A stretch of DNA of 64,000 bases from an uncultured Candidatus Saccharibacteria bacterium (GCA_964612415.1 CAZTCT010000001.1:455-64454), one strand, 5' to 3'; positions 47,225 to 56,061 are shown, counted from the stretch's first letter. The notes: a model not told the origin generated them from the letters alone. Program-made: numbers and translations.

Positions 47225-47296
47225 TGCCCTCGCGAGGAATCGAACCTCGATTAACGGCTTAGAAGTCCGCAGTTCTATCCATTGAACTACGAGGGC
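47225..47296 (-). tRNA. tRNA-Arg (TCT).
   Basis: Reverse complement is GCCCTCGTAGTTCAATGGATAGAACTGCGGACTTCTAAGCCGTTAATCGAGGTTCGATTCCTCGCGAGGGCA. Anticodon loop is CUUCUAA. Confidence 0.8.
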
Positions 47297-47332
47297 GAGG
47301 TTGCCTCACTATACGAGAAAACACACTTAGGG

Positions 47333-47632
47333 TCAATTGCCTGCCTCAAGTAATGCCTGCATGCGAGCAGCCTTCTGCCCGTAATGATCCATTACTTTAT
47401 TGAGCAGATCCACTTTAAGCGTCGTTTCAGTGACAGATTCTGTAGGAGATTCCTGAAAGATAGTCCCGGCATTTACCTGCAAGAAAACATAGACATGCAG
47501 TGCGATCGCACAGAGGAGTGCCGCAGCGAATACTGAAAAAATAATTCTCCAGTCTCGATAGGGCTTAATTGCAAGTCGAGAGGGATCGTCCTGCTCCTCC
47601 TGTTTTTTAATTTTAAACTTTGGGAATTTCAT
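47333..47632 (-). CDS. Hypothetical small membrane-anchored protein at the distal end of the pilMNO operon, a possible PilP analogue.
   Basis: 99 aa. Basic N-terminus, then a TM helix IIFSVFAAALLCAIALHVYVFL. It starts 7 nt after pilO. Confidence 0.45.
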   Translation of the reverse strand: MKFPKFKIKKQEEQDDPSRLAIKPYRDWRIIFSVFAAALLCAIALHVYVFLQVNAGTIFQESPTESVTETTLKVDLLNKVMDHYGQKAARMQALLEAGN

Positions 47633-47638
47633 ACAACT

Positions 47639-48184
47639 TTATTCTTCTTGAGTAGGAGCAACGTAGCTATCCACGCGGACAGAAAAAGTTCCTCTCCAAC
47701 TTGACCCACTCTTACTATCTCCACCTCCTTGGTTAACAAGATTTACACTATTGATATGCGCGTCATAAGGAATATTCTCCAGTAATTCTATGAAGTTCAT
47801 GACCCTCTCAAAGGTGCCTTCTGCCTGCACAGAAAATGAGAGGCTCTTTCCTCCTTCTTCCCTCAGCCCAGATAGGGTTGTCTTTACCCCAATAGCGGTT
47901 CCCCATCCTTCAATGTTCCCAATGAAATCAATTACATCCTCTGGCGTAAGAAATAATGCATCGAGTTCAGACCGTTTGTTTGCTGTTTCTTCGAGGGTTT
48001 TTTTGAATGTCTGAAGGTTCGCACGACGCATGTCTGCTTGAGCCGATTGTTCAAGAATAAGAGAAGATTGTCCAACCTCCTTTTTCACAAAATAGAATGC
48101 CGCCGCGTAGACCCCTCCAAAGAGCACGAAGAGTACTCCCGCGACAATGGTGACATTTTGTATTTTTGTTGGGTGTTTTGCCAT
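47639..48184 (-). CDS. pilO: Type IV pilus assembly protein PilO-like.
   Basis: 181 aa. N-terminal TM helix, then a coiled-coil and ferredoxin-like periplasmic domain. Position after pilN. Confidence 0.5.
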   Translation of the reverse strand: MAKHPTKIQNVTIVAGVLFVLFGGVYAAAFYFVKKEVGQSSLILEQSAQADMRRANLQTFKKTLEETANKRSELDALFLTPEDVIDFIGNIEGWGTAIGVKTTLSGLREEGGKSLSFSVQAEGTFERVMNFIELLENIPYDAHINSVNLVNQGGGDSKSGSSWRGTFSVRVDSYVAPTQEE

Positions 48185-48189
48185 AATAA

Positions 48190-48765
48190 TTATCCCTCTT
48201 GTGTATCTGCCTTAGCGCTGCCAGTGATTCGCATTGTCATGGAGAACTTAATGTCTTGTTCTGAAATGAGAGTATCTAGGGGATAATTCACATCTTCAAA
48301 CAAAGCATCGTTCTCAAGTGCAGTTGCAAAATTCCCAAGCGCTTTTCTGTCCTTGGCGACACCCTGCAAGGAGATCTGCGCCCCCTCTTTCCCACTTGCG
48401 CTATAAATGAAAACAAGGAGTGTGATGTTCCCATTTGGAATTCGTGCAAGCACCTCATTCACCAAGTGGATCGGTGATGGGTCAGGATTTTGGATGCTTA
48501 TCTCCAGCCTCCCCAGCTTCACGTTTGTATCATCTATGACATCGCTTGGGACCACGCCGATCTCCTGAGAGATCATGTCTTCCACCATCTTAAGATCAGC
48601 CGCGGAGATACGTGCTTGTCTTGCTGAAAGTAGATATGGAGGAGCAAGAAGAAGCGTTGAAATAATAAAAAGCAACGCCCCTAGAAAAAGAATTGTCGTC
48701 CACCTCCTGAGGTGGTAGTTTTTAATAATCGCTTGCTTTGTTTTTACTGGAATGAGATTGCTCAT
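48190..48765 (-). CDS. pilN: Type IV pilus assembly protein PilN-like.
   Basis: 191 aa. Short cytoplasmic N-terminus (NLIPVKTKQAIIKNYHLRR) that would bind PilM, then a TM helix and periplasmic domain. Confidence 0.55.
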   Translation of the reverse strand: MSNLIPVKTKQAIIKNYHLRRWTTILFLGALLFIISTLLLAPPYLLSARQARISAADLKMVEDMISQEIGVVPSDVIDDTNVKLGRLEISIQNPDPSPIHLVNEVLARIPNGNITLLVFIYSASGKEGAQISLQGVAKDRKALGNFATALENDALFEDVNYPLDTLISEQDIKFSMTMRITGSAKADTQEG

Positions 48766-48771
48766 GTTGTA

Positions 48772-49887
48772 TTAACACGTCCTTGGAAGCGCCAGCCCTA
48801 TTGCGGTACCATAGCGAAACAAATCTTCATAATAGAGCTCCGGCACGTACCTGTCATCCGGATTGATGCAGTGCAAAATATCAGCCATAGCAGTATCAGC
48901 ACGAAGCCCCATCGCAAGATAGTCCGTGAGCCCAGGCACAACTGCATATTCTCCACAGAGGATTATTTGCTCTACCTTAGGGAATTTAATTCCACTTTCG
49001 TTCTCGTGCGTATTCCAGAAAAGATATCTTTTATTAAGCTCATCTCGGAGCGAAGAGAGTGCAGGGACAAGTGCATTGAAAAGCTCAGACTCTGCGGGGG
49101 GAATGCCATCTTTTTTGAGCTTGGCGATTGCCTCTGCTTGTCCAAACTGTAAGGCTCCCATGGCTGCCTTCACCAATTGGTCCCCACCCATAGCAAGAGA
49201 TGAGGTCATGCGAATAGCTCCCCCAGACACAACATAGGTGCTTGTTTTCCCAAATTGGATATCAACCACAAGAAAAGTGCCCATGTCTCCTTTGGGTATT
49301 GTAATGCGCGATACAGCCTCAGCCTCCACTTCAAGCGCGAGAGGCATAATGCTTGTATCCTTAAATACTTCGAGATATTTGTCTGCGATCTCCCGCGGAA
49401 GTGCCGAGAGCATCACATGCATGATATCCCCTTTCACGCTCACCACTTTATAATCAAACACCGCCTCAGAGAGTGGGATAGGGACCTGTTCTTCAAACTG
49501 GAGCTCAAGATTTCCGCGGATTTCCTTTGGCGCCATCTTGGGGAGATCAAGGTGGACAATATATGCCTTCTCTTCTGGAATAGAAACGCGGGCGAAGGAG
49601 ATATTGTGTTCCTGCGCGAGTTCGGCAAGAGCTTTGCTCACTACATCTGGTTTTTTGATATCCCCTAGGTCAATCGCACCAGGTGAGAGTGCGCGTTCAC
49701 CATACACATCAACCTCCAACCCATGCGCTGTTTCTTTGAGTCCGGCAATGCGTACCGCATCATCAGATACATCAATGCCTACAAATGGCATTTGAAGAAA
49801 TTTGGGGGGTGGAAATATGCGATCAAAGACACTGCGCGTTTTCATAAAACTTTTCTCTATTATATGAGAAATCCCCTCTTGGCACAA
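48772..49887 (-). CDS. pilM: Type IV pilus assembly ATPase-like protein PilM (actin/FtsA fold).
   Basis: FVGIDVSDDAVRIAGLKETAHGLEV... has an actin-like nucleotide-binding N-terminus. 371 aa. Confidence 0.65.
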   Translation of the reverse strand: MCQEGISHIIEKSFMKTRSVFDRIFPPPKFLQMPFVGIDVSDDAVRIAGLKETAHGLEVDVYGERALSPGAIDLGDIKKPDVVSKALAELAQEHNISFARVSIPEEKAYIVHLDLPKMAPKEIRGNLELQFEEQVPIPLSEAVFDYKVVSVKGDIMHVMLSALPREIADKYLEVFKDTSIMPLALEVEAEAVSRITIPKGDMGTFLVVDIQFGKTSTYVVSGGAIRMTSSLAMGGDQLVKAAMGALQFGQAEAIAKLKKDGIPPAESELFNALVPALSSLRDELNKRYLFWNTHENESGIKFPKVEQIILCGEYAVVPGLTDYLAMGLRADTAMADILHCINPDDRYVPELYYEDLFRYGTAIGLALPRTC

Positions 49888-49893
49888 AAGAAA

Positions 49894-50490
49894 CTAGAGG
49901 AAAATAACGAGAATGAATATTGCCGCGACAGCAACCAGAGTGAGAATGTTGAAATATTTGTAGATAATGCCACTAATCCCCCGTCCAAAGTGGTGCATTA
50001 CATACGCGACGATAAAGAAACGAAGTCCTCTTCCTAGAAGAGATGCGAGTACAAAGAGCAAAATATCAGCGGAAAACAGCCCTCCTGCGATCGTAAATAC
50101 TTTGTATGGGATAGGCGAGAACGCAGCAGCAAACATCGCAAAGAATGTATGTGAGTTAAATATTGCTTCCGCTTGAGAAAATGCATCGGAAAGATGATAC
50201 CACTCAACTATCTTCGTCCCGATAACGTCGAAAAACACCGCACCGATCAAGTATCCAAAGAGGCCCCCAAAGACCGACATGATTGTCGTAAGGGCTGCAT
50301 ACCACGCCCACCTGCCCCGCTCTCCTGCAACCACAATAGGAGCGAGTAAGATATCGGGCGGGATTGGGAAAAATGATGATTCGGAAAACGATACAGCCGA
50401 GAGCCACGTCAGAGCATGCTTGCTCTTTGCTTTCTGTACTGTCCAAGCAGCGAGCTTGTCTCGGAGAGAATGAAGTGCGCGGAAAATCAT
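49894..50490 (-). CDS. DedA/TVP38-family membrane protein.
   Basis: DedA core FFPIPPDILLAPIVVAG...FFAMFAAAFSPIPYKVFTIAGGLF. Start taken at the internal Met to avoid overlap. Confidence 0.7.
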   Translation of the reverse strand: MIFRALHSLRDKLAAWTVQKAKSKHALTWLSAVSFSESSFFPIPPDILLAPIVVAGERGRWAWYAALTTIMSVFGGLFGYLIGAVFFDVIGTKIVEWYHLSDAFSQAEAIFNSHTFFAMFAAAFSPIPYKVFTIAGGLFSADILLFVLASLLGRGLRFFIVAYVMHHFGRGISGIIYKYFNILTLVAVAAIFILVIFL

Positions 50491-50491
50491 A

Positions 50492-50821
50492 CTAGCGCAC
50501 AGTGCTTCCTGGCGGGAGTGGTCTGTCAGGATGGAAGAGTGCGAGCTCTTCACCGCTACTTCCTGCAAGTATCATCCCATGACTCTCTACCCCACGGATG
50601 GTGCGCGGCTTGATATTAGCAAGCACGGGCACCTGCTTACCCACAAGCGCACTTGGATTGGGTACGTGCATAGCAATCCCTGCAACAATAGTACGCGGCT
50701 GTGCTTCTCCAAGATCTATAGAGAGAAGCAGGAGTCTGTCAGCGTCCACGATGCGCTCTGCTTCAAGTATCGTCCCGAGGCGAATATCCATTTCCAAAAA
50801 CTGCTCGTATGTGATTTCCAT
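50492..50821 (-). CDS. tRNA-binding protein (CsaA/YgjH/Trbp111 EMAP-like domain).
   Basis: EITYEQFLEMDIRLGTILEAE...LLLLSIDLGE...RTIVAGIA...LVGKQVPVLANIKPRTIRGVESHGMIL is the Myf-type OB-fold tRNA-binding domain. Confidence 0.75.
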   Translation of the reverse strand: MEITYEQFLEMDIRLGTILEAERIVDADRLLLLSIDLGEAQPRTIVAGIAMHVPNPSALVGKQVPVLANIKPRTIRGVESHGMILAGSSGEELALFHPDRPLPPGSTVR

Positions 50822-50822
50822 A

Positions 50823-51233
50823 TTATTGAGTCGTGTTATCAAGCACGCTTGTCTTGTTCTTTCTATCTAAAAAGGTTTGTAGTATGAGCGCCGCGGCGGA
50901 TGCGTCTATCATATCATGAGACCCCTGCCCTTTTCGCGCCTGCGCGGAGGTCATAAATTCTGGCTCCCAGCAGGTAGTGATGCCTGTCGCCTTGGCAAGT
51001 TCTTCAGAGAATTCCTGGCTTGCTTTGAATACTTTATTTTCCTTCCCTTTAAAATCTCGCGACTCCCCCATCACAATATGCTCAATGTGCTCCTGCTTAA
51101 TAATACTTGTGATGGTTGGTATGACATCTTTGCTATTTGATATCACCGACCGCGGGAAAGCCAAGGTGCCATCGTCATTTGAGATGGCAATACCGATCTT
51201 CTTGCTTCCATAATCAATGCCGAGGTACTTCAC
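50823..51233 (-). CDS. yqgF: YqgF/RuvC-like Holliday-junction resolvase, the putative pre-16S rRNA nuclease.
   Basis: MKYLGIDYGSKKIGIAISNDDGTLAFP is the RNase H-like fold N-terminus. 136 aa. Confidence 0.85.
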   Translation of the reverse strand: MKYLGIDYGSKKIGIAISNDDGTLAFPRSVISNSKDVIPTITSIIKQEHIEHIVMGESRDFKGKENKVFKASQEFSEELAKATGITTCWEPEFMTSAQARKGQGSHDMIDASAAALILQTFLDRKNKTSVLDNTTQ

Positions 51234-51324
51234 ATTGTAACGATACTACGGCGCAGAAGAAACGCAAATTGCGAATACGCAATTTTCTGGTAGTATCTTA
51301 GACACTAGCAAGAAACCTTGCTTT

Positions 51325-51411
51325 GGAGGGGTGGCTGAGTGGTTGAAGGCGCCGGTCTTGAAAACCGGAGTGCACGCAAGTGTACCGAGAGTTCGAATCT
51401 CTCCCCCTCCG
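51325..51411 (+). tRNA. tRNA-Ser (TGA).
   Basis: GGAGGGGTGGCTGAGTGGTTGAAGGCGCCGGTCTTGAAAACCGGAGTGCACGCAAGTGTACCGAGAGTTCGAATCTCTCCCCCTCCG. Long variable arm, anticodon loop CUUGAAA, discriminator G73. Confidence 0.85.
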
Positions 51412-51435
51412 CAAAAGATTCGGTGCCCAAAAACA

Positions 51436-51462
51436 AAAGCCGCTCGGATGAGCGGCTTTCTT
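51436..51462. terminator. Bidirectional terminator between tRNA-Ser and the convergent SixA-like gene.
   Basis: AAAGCCGCTC-GGAT-GAGCGGCTTT, flanked by A-runs on the 5' side and T-runs on the 3' side. Confidence 0.7.
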
Positions 51463-51474
51463 GTAAATGAACAA

Positions 51475-51927
51475 CTACAAACGTTCAGCATTGATGGGTA
51501 TATATTCCCCTGTTTCAAGATCAACAACATGAGCTCCCCACTCAATGTGCTCTTTCATAGAAAGCTCCGGCCAGCGTGGCGAAACAATCTCTTTGAAAAG
51601 CGGTTTGATATTCGGCTTATGTGTCACCACCACAACGCAGTGCGTATCCCTTCTGAAAGAGCCTCGAATGATTGAGCTCATCTTTTCAACATTCCTTTGC
51701 AAGCCAAAGTAGTCGCGCTCAACTACGTTCCCTCCGAGTGCATTGTGGAATATGTGAGCCGTCTGCTTTGCTCGCGTGGCGGGAGAAGAGATGATAATTG
51801 GGATTTCCTCTTCGGAGATTATCTCTCGTAGCTTTTCTGCGAGCATCTCCATCTCATCTTCACCTTTTTTGGTAAGCAAATCGTCAAAAGGTGATGCCTT
51901 CCCATGTCGTGCAAGAATGAGTTGCAT
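51475..51927 (-). CDS. Histidine phosphatase, SixA-like (phosphoglycerate-mutase family).
   Basis: MQLILARHGKA has the RHG motif. VVVVTHKPNIKPL has the second catalytic His. 150 aa. Confidence 0.8.
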   Translation of the reverse strand: MQLILARHGKASPFDDLLTKKGEDEMEMLAEKLREIISEEEIPIIISSPATRAKQTAHIFHNALGGNVVERDYFGLQRNVEKMSSIIRGSFRRDTHCVVVVTHKPNIKPLFKEIVSPRWPELSMKEHIEWGAHVVDLETGEYIPINAERL

Positions 51928-51944
51928 CCTGTTCTCCTTGGCTT

Positions 51945-52133
51945 TTAGGGTTTCTTGTTAGTCTGAGCGGCGTGTCGTTTGCTCCCGATTGGATAGCGGT
52001 ACGCCCCGCTTAGCACCCGACTGGAAATGTTTGCAAGATTACTCGCTTCTGCAAGAATGTCGTCGAGATCATCTCGAATCTGGTCGGGCGTCCTTTTCGT
52101 CTGTTTGGGGAAGATAACGATATTATTTTCCAT
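51945..52133 (-). CDS. Hypothetical small protein.
   Basis: About 62 aa from MENNIVIFPKQ. No recognisable motif. Confidence 0.3.
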   Translation of the reverse strand: MENNIVIFPKQTKRTPDQIRDDLDDILAEASNLANISSRVLSGAYRYPIGSKRHAAQTNKKP

Positions 52134-52188
52134 TTTTGGTCTATGCTCCTTGTTGAGGTTGTATCTTTTTTTAATTATAGCATAAAAA

Positions 52189-53229
52189 TTGCTCTTTTGC
52201 AAGTCTCCCTCCTCCCTGTTGTTCCTTTATAATAATGAGATGGATCAGCAAGCACCTCAGAGCAGCGCCAGTGGGATTTTTATATTCGCTCTTCTTGTCA
52301 TCGCTACAGTGTGTATGTTTTTCTATTTCACGCTTTTTGCTGCGCCCTCTAAAGCGACACAAAGCGACACCACTTTTATCATCAATGAAAACGAGAGTGC
52401 ACAGAGCATAACGCAATCCCTTAAAGAAAAGGGGCTCATCAAAAGTGAAGCCGGGCTACGCATTGCGCTTGCGTTCAAGCAGGTAATGCTCTCTCCTGGC
52501 GGGTTTAAAATCCTTGCAGGAATGAACGCGTGGGAGATCGCAGAAACATTTAGTAGAGAACCGTATCTGCGTTGGGTCACCCTCCCCGAAGGAAAGCGCA
52601 AAGAGGAACTCGCTGATATCCTTGCGAAAAAACTAGGGTGGACTGACATACAAAAGCAGTCCTGGATAGAGATTGATACTGCTCCCGATTTTGATCATAC
52701 AGAGGGAGTCTACTTCCCTGATACATACCTCATCCCCAAAGACGAAACCCCCGCGCAGGTTGCAACGCGATTGCGTGCACACTTTGAAGAAATGTTTGCT
52801 CCTTATGCTAAGGAAGCAGCCGAGCAAAATATAAAATGGACTACCGTACTTAAAATTGCATCACTTCTTGAACGTGAAGCAGCAGGCCCAAGTGATATGC
52901 CCCTTGTCTCCGGGATCATATGGAATCGTCTCCTCATCGGCATGAAACTTGATATTGACGCGACACTGCAATACATAAAAGGAAAGCCAGGTAGTTGGTG
53001 GCCAGCAGTGGCATCTGCCGATAAAAATCTTGATTCTCCTTACAACACCTACAAAAATGCGGGACTCCCTCCCCACCCTATTGATAATCCAGGAATAAAT
53101 GCCATTGAGGCGGCCCTCGCTCCGAAAGAAACCGATTGTCTATTCTATCTGCACGACCTCTTCGGCACCACACACTGCTCTGCAACATACGAAGAGCATT
53201 TGGATAACATTGAGCTTTTCCTCAAATAA
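52189..53229 (+). CDS. mltG: Endolytic murein transglycosylase MltG (YceG family).
   Basis: N-terminal TM helix, LPEGKRKEELADIL, and YNTYKNAGLPPHPIDNPGINAIEAAL, which are the YceG signature regions. Confidence 0.8.
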   Translation: MLFCKSPSSLLFLYNNEMDQQAPQSSASGIFIFALLVIATVCMFFYFTLFAAPSKATQSDTTFIINENESAQSITQSLKEKGLIKSEAGLRIALAFKQVMLSPGGFKILAGMNAWEIAETFSREPYLRWVTLPEGKRKEELADILAKKLGWTDIQKQSWIEIDTAPDFDHTEGVYFPDTYLIPKDETPAQVATRLRAHFEEMFAPYAKEAAEQNIKWTTVLKIASLLEREAAGPSDMPLVSGIIWNRLLIGMKLDIDATLQYIKGKPGSWWPAVASADKNLDSPYNTYKNAGLPPHPIDNPGINAIEAALAPKETDCLFYLHDLFGTTHCSATYEEHLDNIELFLK

Positions 53230-54012
53230 CTATACTTTGCGATTGAACGCGCGCACCGCAGCAAATACCATCACAGCGCTAAATCCTACCAAGAAGAGCG
53301 CGTCCACTCCGATAGAATGAAGCGAGAGGCTAGAGAGCATTCCTGCGTCTACTTGCCCTGCAAGAATGATTTGACGCAATGCATCTACTCCATATGAGAG
53401 CGGATTGACCTGAGTGATGATGGAAAGCCATGATGGGATAGAAGTAAGTGGGAAAAATGCTCCTGACAAGAAAAACATGGGCATGATGAGCAATTGCATG
53501 ATGAGCCCGAAGCTTTCCATTGATTGCATTCGTGAGGCGATCCATAAACCAAGCCCTGATATAGCAAACGCAAGGAGAAGAAGGATGCCCAAGAACTCTG
53601 GGAGCGCTAGCACATTGAGCTTCACACCAAGAAATGGTGCGAGTATCAAAAATATGAAGGCTTGAAGTGACGCAATGCTTGTAGCACTTATAGTTTTCCC
53701 GAGCGCGATCGCCGTACGGGAGACAGGCGCAACAAGCATTTCTTTAAGAAACCCAAACTCTCTATCCCAAACAGTGGATACGGTAGAGAAAAACGCGACA
53801 CCCATTACTCCCATGGCAATGATGCCTGGGTACATGAAGTGCACAAAGTCTACGCCAAAATTTTGCGCAGAGAGCACACGGCTAAATCCGGCTCCAAAGA
53901 TGCCGAGAAAGAGAAGCGGCTGAAGAAGCGATGATATGATGCGCGCCCTATCACGCCAATAGCGGATGAGTTCCCGATGCCAAATAATATTGATCGCTCG
54001 TAAGTAATACAT
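53230..54012 (-). CDS. ABC-2 type transporter permease.
   Basis: 260 aa with 6 TM helices in an ABC-2 pattern. Downstream of an ABC ATPase. Confidence 0.75.
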   Translation of the reverse strand: MYYLRAINIIWHRELIRYWRDRARIISSLLQPLLFLGIFGAGFSRVLSAQNFGVDFVHFMYPGIIAMGVMGVAFFSTVSTVWDREFGFLKEMLVAPVSRTAIALGKTISATSIASLQAFIFLILAPFLGVKLNVLALPEFLGILLLLAFAISGLGLWIASRMQSMESFGLIMQLLIMPMFFLSGAFFPLTSIPSWLSIITQVNPLSYGVDALRQIILAGQVDAGMLSSLSLHSIGVDALFLVGFSAVMVFAAVRAFNRKV

Positions 54013-54022
54013 AGATTTGAAA

Positions 54023-54997
54023 TTATCCTGGTCTCCTCAGTTTCATGTGCTGTCGCATCGTGTCCTTTGAAGAAGCTTCCTCTTCGCGAATCGTACGACC
54101 AGTAAGATGCAAGAACACATCATCAAGCGTCGGTTTGCGGAGCTCAACAGTGTCAATATTGGTTGAGATCTTTTTGAGCAATTGTGGCAAGAACGAACCG
54201 CCATCAGCGACTTCTATATGGAGTGTGCCCTCCTCCTCTTTTATAGACATGTCGTTCTTGTCTCCAATCTCTGCCTTTATTGCCTTTGTGTCCTTGGCTT
54301 TAATCGTTATCACGTCACCACCTACTCGCTTTTTGAGATTTGCTGGTGTATCAAGCGCGACGATTTTCCCATGATCAATAACCGCGATGCGATCACAATA
54401 CTCCGCCTCATTCATATAATGAGTGGTCATGAAGATGGTCATACCCTTCTCTTTCTTGAGTTTAAGAATGTAATCCCAGAGGTGTGCGCGTGTTTGCGGA
54501 TCAAGGCCAATGGTTGGCTCATCAAGGAAGAGCACCGCTGGATGATGGATCAAACCGCGTGCAATCTCAAGGCGCCTCTTCATTCCCCCAGAAAAAGTCT
54601 TGATGATGTTGTCCTTCCTCTCCCAAAGATCTACGAGCTTGAGCACCTCTTCTGTGCGGGATTCATATTCTTCTTCTGGCACTCCATAGAGTCGCGCGTG
54701 AAATTTGAGATTCTCTTTTGCAGTGAGCCTGTCATCAAGTGACGGGTCTTGGAAGACAATCCCGATAGAACGCCTTACATCATTTCTTCCCTCAACAATA
54801 CTGTATTCGTTGATGGTTGCTTCCCCTTCTGAAGGGCTCAGTATAGTAGAGAGCATATTGATGGTGGTTGATTTCCCTGCTCCATTGGGGCCAAGAAAGC
54901 CAAAAATTTCTCCTTTGTTTACGGAGAAACTTACATGGTCAACAGCCGTGAAGTCTTTGAAGACTTTGGTAAGATTGTTTACTTCAATGATGTTCAT
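54023..54997 (-). CDS. ABC transporter ATP-binding protein.
   Basis: Walker A GPNGAGKSTTINML, signature LSGGMKRRLEIA, and Walker B VLFLDEPT. Confidence 0.92.
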   Translation of the reverse strand: MNIIEVNNLTKVFKDFTAVDHVSFSVNKGEIFGFLGPNGAGKSTTINMLSTILSPSEGEATINEYSIVEGRNDVRRSIGIVFQDPSLDDRLTAKENLKFHARLYGVPEEEYESRTEEVLKLVDLWERKDNIIKTFSGGMKRRLEIARGLIHHPAVLFLDEPTIGLDPQTRAHLWDYILKLKKEKGMTIFMTTHYMNEAEYCDRIAVIDHGKIVALDTPANLKKRVGGDVITIKAKDTKAIKAEIGDKNDMSIKEEEGTLHIEVADGGSFLPQLLKKISTNIDTVELRKPTLDDVFLHLTGRTIREEEASSKDTMRQHMKLRRPG

Positions 54998-55260
54998 GCT
55001 TTTTTCTTTTTTGCGTTTTTGACGACCTTGTCTATCATCTTTAGTTTGTGTGCAAGGTGAGCTGCAATGCGTTCGACATGCTCAATCTTAACGAAGGCGA
55101 CCATACCCTCCCCTGTCCCAAAAACAAGAAGCTGCTCCCCTTTCTCAAGCTTGAGATCTTTTCTCGCTTTAATGGGCATTACCACCTGCCCTTTCTCTCC
55201 CATGGTCGTAGCCCCATAGAATGTTTTGCCTTTCTCTTCCTTTTTCCCATGAAATTTCAT
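54994..55260 (-). CDS. AbrB/MazE/SpoVT-type swapped-hairpin DNA-binding protein.
   Basis: TTMGEKGQVVMPIKARKDLKLEKGEQLLVF is the SpoVT_AbrB motif. There is an ATGA overlap with the ABC ATPase. Confidence 0.65.
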   Translation of the reverse strand: MKFHGKKEEKGKTFYGATTMGEKGQVVMPIKARKDLKLEKGEQLLVFGTGEGMVAFVKIEHVERIAAHLAHKLKMIDKVVKNAKKKKA

Positions 55261-55347
55261 ATAAGTATGGAAAGTATGAAATCATTGTATACCTCCCAAA
55301 AACACCGTCAAGGTACAAAAATGGTTTTGTTGGCGTATAATAGAGGT

Positions 55348-56004
55348 ATGATAAACACTAAGCGCACGTACGTTGTTCTCTTTCTTCTTTTTGCCCTTTC
55401 TCTTGGGGTTGGGCTTTTTGTGCTTCCTCAATTGCCCGAGCAGATCGTGAGTCATTGGAATGTTTCGGGAGAGCCAGACGGATATATGACCAAAACTGAA
55501 GGGGTGCTTTTCTTTCCGCTCATAATCGGAATACTCATCGCTTTCTATGCAGCTATCCCCTACATTGACCCCTTAAGAAGCAATATTGAACGCTTCCGCT
55601 CTGCGTACAATCTTTTATGGATACTTTTTTCAGTATTTTTCTTCTATATCTTTTGCATTTCTTTGGCGTGGAATCTTGGTTATGTATTTAACTTTACATT
55701 TCTTATAGTCCCCGCGTTCTCGTTTCTCCTCTATGGTCTTGGCGTCCTCCTTGGCAAAGCAAAGCGCAATTGGTTCGTAGGAATACGTACTCCTTGGACC
55801 CTTTCAAGTGATGTGGTCTGGGACAAAACTCATGTCTTAATGGGACGCTTGTTCAAAATTGCAGCATTTGTGTCTTTGTTTGGCATGTTCACAACAGAGC
55901 GTAGATGGGCACTTGCTTTTACAGTCATTCCCTTAATAGCCATTGTTCTCTTTGGCGTCATATATTCATTTATTGAATTCAAAAAGAAGGAGCGTGGTGA
56001 ATAG
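55348..56004 (+). CDS. SdpI/YhfL-family membrane protein (DUF1648 plus SdpI domain).
   Basis: Four TM helices and the WFVGIRTPWTLSSDVVW motif. Start taken at MINTKRTY, because the ORF track's extension overlaps the opposite-strand AbrB-like gene. Confidence 0.6.
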   Translation: MINTKRTYVVLFLLFALSLGVGLFVLPQLPEQIVSHWNVSGEPDGYMTKTEGVLFFPLIIGILIAFYAAIPYIDPLRSNIERFRSAYNLLWILFSVFFFYIFCISLAWNLGYVFNFTFLIVPAFSFLLYGLGVLLGKAKRNWFVGIRTPWTLSSDVVWDKTHVLMGRLFKIAAFVSLFGMFTTERRWALAFTVIPLIAIVLFGVIYSFIEFKKKERGE

Positions 56005-56061
56005 TAGTTTTGTTCTGCTGAACTCCGAGATATAATAGAGGTATTATAGGTGTTATATTGA

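Noticed and set aside
46964-47285. Plus-strand ORFs of 96 and 65 aa spanning the tRNA-Val/tRNA-Arg intergenic region.
   Set aside because: They overlap tRNA genes and terminator hairpins, and read through the inverted tRNA-copy repeats. Non-coding is more parsimonious.
55048-55347. The 100-aa N-terminal extension of the SdpI-like ORF.
   Set aside because: It overlaps the opposite-strand AbrB-like gene and the ABC ATPase start, and has an odd composition (Cys/Phe/His). The membrane protein's hydrophobic body begins at the internal Met at 55348, which is preceded by TATAAT and an AGAGG SD.
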